Source: Saprolegnia diclina VS20
Taxonomy: Eukaryota
Reading direction: 5' to 3'
Assembly: GCF_000281045.1 (NCBI RefSeq)
Contig: NW_008246128.1
Coordinates: 132,346 to 170,490, forward strand
DNA length: 38,145 bases
Shown here: positions 9,707 to 20,610 of the stretch, piece by piece
Position numbering within the stretch: the first letter of the stretch is position 1
How the letters are laid out: every line of letters starts with the position of its first letter
The notes under the pieces: model-generated
Told to the model about the DNA's origin: nothing
The model's input: only the letters and a program-made list of their open reading frames with translations
Database searches by the model: none
Translations under genes and position numbers: made by a program

Positions 9707-10717
9707 CTACCACGCAATGCCCAGGTACGGCGCGTCGCCTCGCGTGTCCAGCGTGCAGGACCCTCCGATCGGGATCAGCGTGTGGGGCGTCGTATGGCCA
9801 AAGTCGACGCCGTAGACAATGGGCAGCGTCGATGGCAGCTCGTTTTTGATGCGAAAGATCGCCTCGACTTCCTTTGCACCCATCTTGGAGTTGAGCTCGA
9901 AGCGACCGACCACGATGCCTCGAAGCGTTGCGGCAAAGCCAGGCATGTGCAAAAGGGCTTGCACGAGCTGGTCAAAGGTCGCGACGTCGTTCTCGCCCGT
10001 GCATTCAAGGAAGAGGACGACGTCGGGAAACTGCAACGGAAAGTACGGTGTGCCTCGAAGCAAGCCGAGCACATTGAGGTTGCCGCCCAGAATCGTGCCG
10101 CGCCCGACGCCGCTGCGGACAACCTCAAAGCCGGCGGTGTTTTCAAACTCAAATTTGGGTGTCGGGTCGAGAAACCAGAGGTCGTTGCGCCACATTGGGC
10201 TCGGCGCCGTCGCGACTTCAATTCCCGGTGCGGTCGACATTAAAACGCGCACAAACTCTTGAATGGTAAACTCGAGGCCGTGCGACATGCCAAAGGTCGA
10301 ATAGTGCGGTCCGCTGAACGTGACGAGGTGGGCTTTCGCCAAGAACGCATTGATGAGCGCCGTAATGTCCGAGTAGCCGCAAAACACCTTGGGATGGGAC
10401 CGAATGAGGTCGTAATCGAGCGCACTTAGGAGCTGGTTGGCGTTGTAGCCACCAATGACCGTGAGAATGCCGTCGACAGTTTCGTCAAGGAACGCAGCAT
10501 GCAGGTCGGCGACGCGGTCAGCGATCGAGGACGAGTGGCGCTGACACGGGTCTGAGGCGAAAATGTGGTCGCCAAACGTGAGCGTGACCCCGAGTGCCGC
10601 CAACGCCGCGTTCGCACTCGTGATTGTCGCTTGGCTGAGGATGGCGGCGTGTTGAGATGGCGCGACGACCCGGACCACGGACCCGCGCTGCAACCGTCTT
10701 GGTACGACCAGAGGCAT
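9707..10717 (-). CDS. S66 family serine peptidase (LD-carboxypeptidase / microcin C immunity MccF-like)
   Basis: Intronless, 336 aa from ATG 10717. Motifs VVAPS, R.ADLH.AF.D, IGGYN, GYSDIT (Ser), GGNL, LFLE (Glu) and DFGHTTP (His). Confidence 0.92.
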   Translation of the reverse strand: MPLVVPRRLQRGSVVRVVAPSQHAAILSQATITSANAALAALGVTLTFGDHIFASDPCQRHSSSIADRVADLHAAFLDETVDGILTVIGGYNANQLLSALDYDLIRSHPKVFCGYSDITALINAFLAKAHLVTFSGPHYSTFGMSHGLEFTIQEFVRVLMSTAPGIEVATAPSPMWRNDLWFLDPTPKFEFENTAGFEVVRSGVGRGTILGGNLNVLGLLRGTPYFPLQFPDVVLFLECTGENDVATFDQLVQALLHMPGFAATLRGIVVGRFELNSKMGAKEVEAIFRIKNELPSTLPIVYGVDFGHTTPHTLIPIGGSCTLDTRGDAPYLGIAW

Positions 10718-11060
10718 TTTGAAACTGAGGACCATGCTGAGATGCTGAGGGGAGAAGGCGGTATTATTTGCATCTGGTTCTGGAATCGTGCTGGATGTTG
10801 ACCATACGCGCATTCTTGTGGACAATTAAATTGTCCAGAACGTCACGCTGTGAGGCCTTGGGGTCGATCCTCATTCCGACCTCACTTCTCAATGGGTTGT
10901 TGAGTTGATGAGCACGTCTCAACATTCAAAGTTGCTTTGCGTGGTCTCACCACTAACTTTTGCACTTTTTATAGAAGAATGACACGCCAAAATCATGTAA
11001 TATTTGGTCGTAGAACTAGTGATCGACGTCTACGGTTGAATAGAGATCCGTGGACAACAT

Positions 11061-11999
11061 TCACAACTTGCTATCTTCCGGAATTCCGAGCATCGCGTTG
11101 ATGCGAGGCAGATCCGCAAGACCCTTCTTGACGTGGAAGCTCTTGAGGATGCCTATGGGTAGTGACATAAGATTCTACGATCTTATCGCGCCGGACGTTA
11201 CCCTTGTCGGTGTAGTACTGGATGAGCGGCTCGGTCTCGTCTGTGTAGACCTGCAGCCGGTGCTTGACAACATCGAGCGTGTCGTCGGCGCGCTGGACAA
11301 TCTTGTTGCTCCCGCACTTGTCGCACGTGCACTCAGCCTATAGCACGCTATCAGTGGTGCGATATCTCGGGACTGCTGGTACCTTGGGCAGCAACGGCGG
11401 CATGACGTACTCACCGCTGTTGATGTCGGCCACGTTGTAGCCCGTCCCGCACGAGTCGCAGACGCTAGAGACAAGGTATGAGCTGTCGGTGCAATGCATC
11501 CCGAATGACGCACCGGCGGCCGCTGAGCTTCTCAATGAGGACCCACTCGGGCAGCTCAAAGTTGACAACCGAGTCGAGCGTTGCGATCTTATCGAATTCA
11601 ATCGCTTGGCTCACGTTGCGAGGAAACCCATCCTAAGGACAGTATATGCCATGAGAGCACGTCGATGGCATGCGGAGGTATTACGAGGATGTAGCCCTTC
11701 TGCGCGTCCTTCTCCTGAAGACGCTGACGCACCATCGTCAAGATGATTTCGTCGGGCACGAGCTTGCCCTGGCTGCTGTAGTCCTTGATCTGCTTGCCAA
11801 GCGCCGAGTCGCGCTTGATCTCGGCGCGGACAAGATCGCCTATAATTCATGCACATCGTAGTTAGACCTTGTGTTCGTAGATGGAGACTCTACCGGTCGA
11901 GATGGTCGGGATGCTGAGCTTGGGCGCGATGCGCGTGGCGTACGTGCCCTTGCCGACGCCGGGCGGCCCGAGGAACATCATGCGGAGACGACCGGCCAT
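11061..11999 (-). CDS. ADK: Adenylate kinase, multi-exon, zinc-type LID
   Basis: P-loop LGPPGVGKGT, ISTGDLVR, GKLVPD, GYILDGFPR, LID CDSC...CDKC and R.DD...VKHRL.VY. Stop TGA at 11061-11063. Confidence 0.95.
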
Positions 12000-12807
12000 C
12001 GTTGTGTTTCGTTGGCAAAAGCGCAAGTGGCCGCTGCCGCCGATTGGCCCGAGCGCCGCAACATCGTCAGGCCGGTCGTATTCATGACGCTTTTTTATTG
12101 TACATACAAAATGCAAGTGCAAAGTGTCGAAACTTGAAAAATAATAGAGTGGGACCACGGCACAAACGCCGCTGATTGGCTAAAATCCCGTTGACGTAAG
12201 GCCACGCACTCGCAAATCAGCGCGGCAAAGCTTATGGCACCAAGTTCAACTGGCGGGTTCGATCGCGGCCACGACGCTTCCAAATGGCAACGATGGTACC
12301 AGACGTCGAGAGGGATGCGCACAGGACACGCTACCATGGTCACAGCAGATGCGTACCGAGAGAATCTTTCGCGCGTCGTCGATAATTGATAACGCTACGG
12401 ACCGCAATCTGGTCGGGTCCTGATCAGAGCCGCGTCTGCGCTAGTGTCTGGGCATGAGGTCTGGAAAACTGCCGTCGAAAAGAGCTGTTCGTGAGGTGCA
12501 GTGGATGGCAACGTAGCATCGATGGCGTCCTCCTCAATGCACATGACAAGGAAGCGCGCTATACATGTACCGATGACAACATTGGTAGCGAATGTCACGG
12601 AGTCCAATCGTGCTGCGTACTGCTCCTGTTGGGTTGCAGTGTAGCAGTAGCTGCCGGCATAACTTCTTAGCTCAAGGGCCGGCCACCACAGAGTGCCACG
12701 TATACAGGTCATATATCCGTGTTGCGATCATCATCAAGTCGGACAATGGGTACTCGTTTGTGATGCCATGGAGATGGCAAATTCTCTTCTTGTTTGCATA
12801 CAATCGA

Positions 12808-14548
12808 CTAGAGAATCCAGTGCGATCCGTCGGTGCCATACTCAAGCGTGGCCACGCCGTCCTTATCGTAGGCAATATGTCCAAACGCCGAGGTCGGACA
12901 CACACCGCACGCGATACCAGCGTGACGTGGGAGGTGCAGTGCATCGATCAAACTCAAGCGGTACGACGTCACACCCGTCGTCATGTGCGAAATCACATAG
13001 CAGTCGCTGCCTCGAAAGCTAAACGCTGCGTTGCGCTGGTAGTGGCGGTGGGTCGAAAAGAGCAAGTAAATGGACCCGCCCTTGTAGATCTTGGGAACAC
13101 GCGCCTTGGGGCGGCAGCAGCCAAACACCAAGGCGAAGAGTATCCGGTGCTTCCAGTCGTTGAAACTCACCTGCCCAAACTCGTCCTCGTCCTCAATCGC
13201 CATCGACGCGGTGGGCAGCGTCCGTGTAATCACGAGCGAGAGGCGGCGGAGCGAGTGGTCGACGGCCGCAACTGTGGTGCGCACCCACACAACTTGTCGG
13301 AGCCGGTACAGCGCGCTGCGCAGCACGGGCATGCCAAAACCGTAGGCGAGCGGTAGGAAGCCGACGAGCATCGAGTAGAAGAGCACTGGCAGCGCGTCCT
13401 CCTTGTAGTCCCAGTACCGCTCGGATGGTAAAATGCACGTAAACAAAAAGTGGTAGACGTCAATAAAGAACGGAATGCGGAGCTGAAGGTACGTCATCGG
13501 GCCGACGGCAATGGCAACGACAACCGCGACGCTGGTCGGATCGGCTTGGGCGCAGCGATGCTCGGACGCCATGCGCCGCACCACGTAGCCACTCACGTTG
13601 AGCGTCAAGTAGGCAAACCAAACGGTGCGTGAGAGGTACAAGGTCGCAAGGCCAAACGTCATAAAATTTTGTGTCTGGCCAATGCGCACAAAACACTGCC
13701 CGACGACTTCCAGACTGCACCAGAAATCAATCACAAACAGCACGCAGATCCACGTGTTTTGCAGAATAAGGCACGTCGGATCGCCGACAATGATTTCCAA
13801 TCGCTCGCCAAAGCCGCCGGCGCCAAACCGCCGGAGTGCTCTCGCCAGCGACCGGTAGTGCACATAGTACGTCGACCAGAGACGGTACAGAATCAGCAAG
13901 GTCATGCCGACGCGAAAGCCAAACTTGCAGTAGAGCCACGTGCGCGAGCCGCGGCTAAGCTGCGCTGCAAAGTAAATGCAGCGGGAGTCGTCGATCCAGA
14001 CGGCCGAGACCGACGACGGCTGCCCAAAGAGCGTCCCGAGCTCGACCAATGCCGTGTCCGAGGTGTTGCGCAGGCCGACGCTGGCTGCAAACACCCAATT
14101 TCGCGCGCGATTGGAGTAAAAGGTCGAGCCAGGAATACCCACAAAGGTAAACGAGCTGTTGGAAGCGAGGTCGAGCGGGCACCAGAGAATGTCGACGTCT
14201 TGGTTGGTGTCGTAGACGTAGTTGCAGGCGGTGGTGACCTCGAGCGCAGAGTAGAGTGGTCGATAGAACGCAATCGTGCGTGCTTCGTAGGCGGCAAAGG
14301 TCTCATGCGGGCCGACCGCGACGCTGACGGTGGGCTCTACGAGGTACGTCCACGGCAGCGGCTCGGTCGTGTAGGCTTTGAGCGGCCTAGACACAAAGGA
14401 ACGTTGAGATACGAAGAGCGAGATGAGAGAAGACGTACATCAAGGCGAGGTTGAAAAGAAAGGCACAGGAGAATAGGATCGAGGTCTTGTTGAAGCGGAC
14501 GAGCCGCAGCGGCGTCCCAGAAGGTCCTGTACCCGGTGCAATCTGCAT
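12808..14548 (-). CDS. Uncharacterised oomycete multi-pass membrane protein, copy A (intact, 2 exons)
   Basis: Exon 1 MQIAPG..FNKTSILFS..NLALM, intron 14387-14438 splitting the Met codon, then a long exon 2 with EIIVGDPT, DFWCS, LYLSRTVWF, NDWKHR and QRNAAFSFRGSDCY, shared with paralogues in this window. Confidence 0.88.
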
Positions 14549-14649
14549 GTTTGGACCTGATTTGTTAATGTATTTTGGATAAGGAAACGGTTTCGAGGAG
14601 TTTACGGTATGCTATATTCGTGTCCAGTCGTATGACGTCAGCGTCACTC

Positions 14650-15734
14650 GTTATGCCAAGACGTGCTATCGACACTGCAAAGCCGTAGACCAGCAGAAGG
14701 CTTCCGAGAAGAGGGCGATTTCGGTGTACGTGTCGACGCGATTTGCCGGCACCAAGAGCGGACGTAATGCAAGTCGACGAAAAGCGACCGCCGGAGCTGA
14801 CAATATGAAAGAGGTTCAACGAGAAGCGCGATACCATTCGAGACATTGGCGGGGTCGACTTGAGCAAATTGCCGCTCCAGAGTCAATCAGCGAAGGAAGT
14901 TGTCCATGTCATGGAAGGCCAAGTAGCCAAACCAGACAATTCGCGACAGCGTTACAACGACGACCGTGAAATCGCTGGCCTGGCTCAGCTGAAGCGCGTG
15001 ACCATCTCGAGACTGCACCAGAAATCGACCACAAAAAGACGCAGATCCACGTGTTTCCGACGATGATTTACAGCCGCTCGTTTTCGCCGCTTGTACCATA
15101 GCGCCGCAGCCCGATCGCGAACCATCGGTAGTGCACATAGAAGGTCGCCCAGAGAAGGACCAGAATGCGAAAGGTCATGGCAATGCGAACAGCTAGTTTC
15201 ACGTAGCCCCACGCCGTCGAGCCGCCGTAGAGCTGGATAGCCAAGTTGAGAACCCCACGGGCATCGACTCAGAAAATCGAAATGGCGCCACGAGCCCAAA
15301 AAGATCATGGTATTTACGACGGCGGACGCCGATCCACTGCGAACTTGCGCATCGCGCACCCATACGCGGGCGCGATGCGAGTACAAGACGGCGCCAGGAA
15401 GGCGCTCAAGTTCACTGCGTAGTGATCCACACAGGATATTGACGCCGCCTTCAAGCTGCCGGGCCGAGTATCGTTGGGCGTACACGACGCGTGTATGCGG
15501 AGCTCGTACGAAACAATCGAGTCGGTGGCTTGCGTTTCAGGAGGCATTGCCCAGGGAAATGGTTCGGGCATGTAGACCGTGAGCGGCCTAGAGTGAGAGG
15601 GTTTGAAACCGAGAAATTGAAAGGAAATCACTCACATATACTGGCAAGGTCGAGGAGAATGCTACACGAGAAGAGCATCGAAATCTTGTTGAACTCGACT
15701 GTGACGAAGCGCTCGGTTCCGGCTGAATCCGCAT
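14650..15734 (-). pseudogene. Membrane protein family copy B, frameshifted and 3'-truncated
   Basis: Fragments EFNKISMLFS, PLTVYMPEPFPW, LPGAVLYSHRAR, FVVDFWCSLE, RIVWFGYL and QVDPANV fall in shifting frames. Same intron position (15588-15635). Confidence 0.8.
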
Positions 15735-15934
15735 CGAGCTTGTGAGTTGTGCCAAAAAAAATTCAGACTGGACCACACTGTGCATTGCACGTGCTTTCTA
15801 CTCGAACGACGCAGGCGACGAATTTGTCAAGAAGCCTTGTGACGACTCGTTGCATGGTTTGCTTTCCGTGCCAATCGTGCGGCGTTTCGTTTCGAAAATA
15901 TCTATTTTCGCGCCTCGGGATGCGCAAGGCGATC

Positions 15935-17659
15935 ATGGACGGCCCACTTGCGATCGGCGTCACGGGGCGACATCGCGTTGTGTACTTCAACAAGGTCTCG
16001 GTCGCCTTTAGCTTTTGCTTCCTTCTTAACCTGGCCGCCATGTACGCTGCTTGCCTTGTCCTTATTGGCCTCATGGGTTCTGCTCCTTGAACTAGGCCTC
16101 TGAAAGCGTACCTCTCGGAAGCGCTTCCCTGGTCGCCGCGCCCAACGCCCACTGTCGGTGTGCAAGTTGGGCCAAACCAAACCTTTGAGATGTATGAAGC
16201 CCACGCCCTCGAATTCTACCGCAACCACTACAACAACAGCACCCTGGACCTCAAGACACTGTACGCCTTCGACCCAGCGCAAGCTCTCGACATTATCTGG
16301 GTGCCGATTGCCTTCGTCGACGCAGGCGACTTTTCGTTTGCGGGTCTCCCAGGCTCAACCTTCTACTCGCGCCGCGCCCGCCGCACGGTCAAAGGGTTCA
16401 TGACCAGGACCTCCAACTTGTCGAGCGTTGCGGTCATTGAAGTCGGTACGCTTCTCGGGCAACCGTCGTCTGTCTCGGGCGTCTGGGTCGAGGTGCTGCC
16501 GACGACCAACGCAACTTTTCTGTATTTTGCCGCCCAGCTCAGCCCCGGCTCGACCCAATGGCTCTACATCAAATTTGCATACCGCATTGGGCTCACCTGT
16601 GTCATTCTGGAGCGCATGTGGTCAACCTACTTTCGCCACTATCGCACGCTATTGTGGAACCTGCGCGCGCTCGGCGTCCCGAATGTGACGGACACTACGT
16701 TTATCGAAATTGTCATTGGCGACCCGACCGCACTCATTCTTCAAAACACGCTGGTGTGTGGTCTGTTTGTGATTGATTTCTGGTGCAGTATGGAGATTGT
16801 CGGTCAAAGCTTTGTGCGTCTCTCGCAGCTCCAGAATCTGGTGACGTTTTCGCTCGCCGCACTCTACCTCTCGCGCACAGTGTGGTTTGCCTACCTGCTC
16901 TTGAACCTCACAGGTCGTACCGTGCGCCGCTACCATCTCGAACGTTTGATTGCTCAGGTTGACCCCACTACGGTCGCGATCGCAGTGCTCGTTAGCGTCG
17001 GCCCCGTCACGTTTCTGCAGTCCCGAAGTGGGTTTTTTGTGGACGTCTACCATTTTCTCTTTACATTCATTGTTCCAAATGATCATATCGACGACTACAA
17101 GGAAGACTGTCTCGCAGCCATGCTCTACTCGATTCTGATTGGACTCTTGCCCATCAACTACGGATTTGGTAAACCAATCGCGCGGGCGCTGCACGAGCGC
17201 GCCCGTGGCATGCTGCGGCGCCAAGCACGCTCGATCCGCGTGCGGCCCTTGCGGTCCCATGCAACGCGACGCGTCACGCGTCATGCCGACGACTTTGGCA
17301 AGTTTGTCTACAACGACTGGAAGCACCGGTGCTTGTACTCAATTCTGACGGCGCTCAACCCGCAACACGTCTCGGCGCTCTTTATCGGCGGCTCGATTTA
17401 CAAGCTCTTCGATACGCACCGCGGCTTTCAGCGCAACGCAGCGTTTAGCTTTCGTGGAAGTGACTGCTATGTGATTGCGCACTCACCAACGTCCGTGCTG
17501 TCCTACCGTCTCAGTCTAATCGACTGCCTCCACCTCCACCACCCGCATCTGAAACTCCACAACACGTACAAACGCGCGTTTGGCCATATCGAATTTGCGC
17601 CTGAGACCGAGTCGCTTGTGGTGACGCTGGGCCGCGACAAGGCGCGCTGGGTGCAGTGA
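15935..17659 (+). CDS. Membrane protein family copy C (intact, 2 exons)
   Basis: Exon 1 MDGPL..FNKVSVAFS..NLAAM, intron 16042-16095, open exon 2 to TGA 17659 with all family motifs. An in-frame ATG at 15920 is an alternative start. Confidence 0.88.
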
Positions 17660-18577
17660 CTCTCAGTGTGAAAATGNNNNNNNNNNNNNNNNNNNNNNNN
17701 NNNNNNNNNNNNNNNNNNNNNNNNNNNNNNNNNNNNNNNNNNNNNNNNNNNNNNNNNNNNNNNNNNNNNNNNNNNNNNNNNNNNNNNNNNNNNNNNNNNN
17801 NNNNNNNNNNNNNNNNNNNNNNNNNNNNNNNNNNNNNNNNNNNNNNNNNNNNNNNNNNNNNNNNNNNNNNNNNNNNNNNNNNNNNNNNNNNNNNNNNNNN
17901 NNNNNNNNNNNNNNNNNNNNNNNNNNNNNNNNNNNNNNNNNNNNNNNNNNNNNNNNNNNNNNNNNNNNNNNNNNNNNNNNNNNNNNNNNNNNNNNNNNNN
18001 NNNNNNNNNNNNNNNNNNNNNNNNNNNNNNNNNNNNNNNNNNNNNNNNNNNNNNNNNNNNNNNNNNNNNNNNNNNNNNNNNNNNNNNNNNNNNNNNNNNN
18101 NNNNNNNNNNNNNNNNNNNNNNNNNNNNNNNNNNNNNNNNNNNNNNNNNNNNNNNNNNNNNNNNNNNNNNNNNNNNNNNNNNNNNNNNNNNNNNNNNNNN
18201 NNNNNNNNNNNNNNNNNNNNNNNNNNNNNNNNNNNNNNNNNNNNNNNNNNNNNNNNNNNNNNNNNNNNNNNNNNNNNNNNNNNNNNNNNNNNNNNNNNNN
18301 NNNNNNNNNNNNNNNNNNNNNNNNNNNNNNNNNNNNNNNNNNNNNNNNNNNNNNNNNNNNNNNNNNNNNNNNNNNNNNNNNNNNNNNNNNNNNNNNNNNN
18401 NNNAGGGTTTCCAGTGCTGCGGGATCGATAGACTACCGAGGAAGACTACGTAGCTCCGAAACGAGAAGACATAACTACGTAGGTCGCCTCTCTCGGACTC
18501 GGCAGAGAGAGGCCCGCCACGCCTTTGACAAAAAGGCGCCAAGTATCCACTTGTTCTTTTGTATTTTGTGTTTTGCA

Positions 18578-18677
18578 CCAATCAGAAGAACGAGAGCCAG
18601 ATTTTCTGCCAATGAAATGGAGGCAGCCCTGTTGGCTCCAGCGACGGTGGCATGGGGGGACCTTTAAACCAACCAAT
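18578..18677 (+). promoter_or_regulatory. CCAAT box cluster
   Basis: CCAAT at 18578, 18609 and 18673 (spacings 31 and 64). Confidence 0.4.
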
Positions 18678-19009
18678 CACAGGCCTCAGAATACCACCTG
18701 TTCACAATGCTGGCAGCGATGCCAAGACTCTGCTTTTTGCCAGGTGCCGATGTAAATTACTGTGTATCGTTTCTCCACCATTTGGGAACCGCATCTTGAA
18801 ATTTTACTGTGAATCGACCCTTATGCTCACAACCTGTCATATCATGCTCAGGGTAATTGATCCACGTTGGACATGGCAACACGAACAGACCTTAGTACAA
18901 GCGAGACTATAATGTTATGGCGTTGGCACAAGCCACAAGGACAATTGACAATTGAAAAAATCCGGACGAGTACCGCTCGAATCCCAGTTTCATTGCCATC
19001 TCGCCGTAA

Positions 19010-20096
19010 TTTGAACCTTCTCTGGACAACCAAACCTACTTTATCCATTCGATATTTGGTGACTCAGCTGCGCCGGTATGGTACCAGCGGCGAAAGCGAG
19101 CGGTTGGAGATTATCGTCGGTGATCCGACGTGCCTCATTCTCCAAAACACGTGGATCTGCGTATTTTTGTGATTGATTTCTGGTGCAGCCTGGAGATTGT
19201 GGGTCAGTGCTCCGTCCGGCTTGACCAGACCGCCGACATGTGGTATTTGGACCCGCGACTTTGTACCTCTCGCGAACCGTCTGGTTTGGGCATGTGATTT
19301 GGGAAACTTGTGCTCAATCTGAGTGGGGTTGTCTTAGGTCGGTGTGGGGTCGAGTCTTGGTGCAGCCAAGCCGACCCGATCGGCGTTGCCATTGGCGTGG
19401 CCCTAGCCGTCGGCCGCTGGCGTACTATCAGCTTCGTCTGGCGTTCTTCGTGGAGATGTATCATGCCCTTTTTACCTTTGTCGTGCCAAAGAGTGAGTCG
19501 TTCAATGCGACGGAAGACGCCCTACCAGCAATATTGCTCGCGATTGTCCTCGGCGCGCTCCCCTTGGCCAACAGTTTAGCGTTCCGGCACTTCAACGTGT
19601 CCTGCGCCGGATACGGCATCGCGTGCGGGTTCTTGTCGATGGCCAACTCGTCCCACTGGTGTCCACCGCGTGTCATCTTACGCTCCTCGTCAGTGCTTTG
19701 CACCATTGATGGCGACACGTTTGGCCCCTCAACTAACGTTGACTAGAAGCATCGACTGCCGCTCTTATCTTTGGTTGCTGTGGCGGCGGGCGCAAGAAGC
19801 GCCGGCTACCCAAGGTATTCAAGGGTGGATCGATCTACAAGCTCTTTACGACCCATCGGCATCTCCAGCGCAACACAGCGTTTAGCTTTCGCGGTAGTGA
19901 TTGCTACGTACTTTCGCACACACCCAAGATGATTTTATCGTATTGCCTTAGCTTGAGCGACGCGCTGCATCTCAAGCACCAAACGGACATCGTCCTTGGC
20001 GCGTGTCCTGGTGCCGCTTTTGGTCGCCTTGCTGCAAGCGAGAGCAGTACAATAGGTGTGCACTTTGGGGCCCAACAGTCACGGTGGCTTCTCTGA
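19010..20096 (+). pseudogene. Membrane protein family copy D, 5'-truncated with multiple frameshifts
   Basis: ERLEIIVGDPTCLILQNTW, LYLSRTVWFG, QADPIGVAIG and GGSIYKLF..QRNTAFSFRGSDCY are spread over different frames. There is an in-frame stop in the NDWKHR motif near 19744. Confidence 0.85.
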
Positions 20097-20392
20097 GGCG
20101 CCCCGCGCACGATGAAGCCTCGACACGGCGCGTGTAGTTGAGCGATGGCGTCGCGCATTTGCGCCAAGAGAACATGGCAATATCGAGCAAGCAAGCAAAA
20201 AATTCAGAAATGAAGCAACCAAACAAGCAAGAAAAACACGTAATCACCTGAAAGGCCGTTACGAATTGTGTCGTCATGGGCCTCACTTGCAGCCACAAAC
20301 GCCCCCGGGCGACTACAGAAGACCAAGACAAGCGCGCCGCCGCCTGTGCAGCCACGGCCCGGCGAGCGAGTGAAGGAGAAGGCGATTGCTAG

Positions 20393-20544
20393 TCTCTACG
20401 TATGCGAAGTCTTTGTAAAACGAAGATAGCGCGAAACACGTATTGATATAATCGCGACTCGATTAAGCACCTCGAACACGACACGTATGACAAAAACGGC
20501 AGTGTCCTTTGACTACAAACATTGCCGTTTTCTCAAATCGCTAG
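20393..20544 (+). mobile_element. Candidate non-autonomous mini-Helitron (TACGTATGCGAAGTCTTTGT family)
   Basis: 5' TC start, hairpin arms aaaacggca (20493-20501) and tgccgtttt (20523-20531), and CTAG|T 9 nt later. The 5' part recurs at 30288 and 30611. Confidence 0.55.
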
Positions 20545-20610
20545 TAGGTTTTGGACGATTGATTTTTTTTACAATCCTCAAATATGAGGAAACGAGTCGA
20601 TGGTAGAGAA

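Noticed and set aside
9707..11999. S66 peptidase and adenylate kinase as a functional operon-like pair
   Set aside because: ADK is an intron-rich native gene. Same-strand adjacency alone gives no evidence of linked function.
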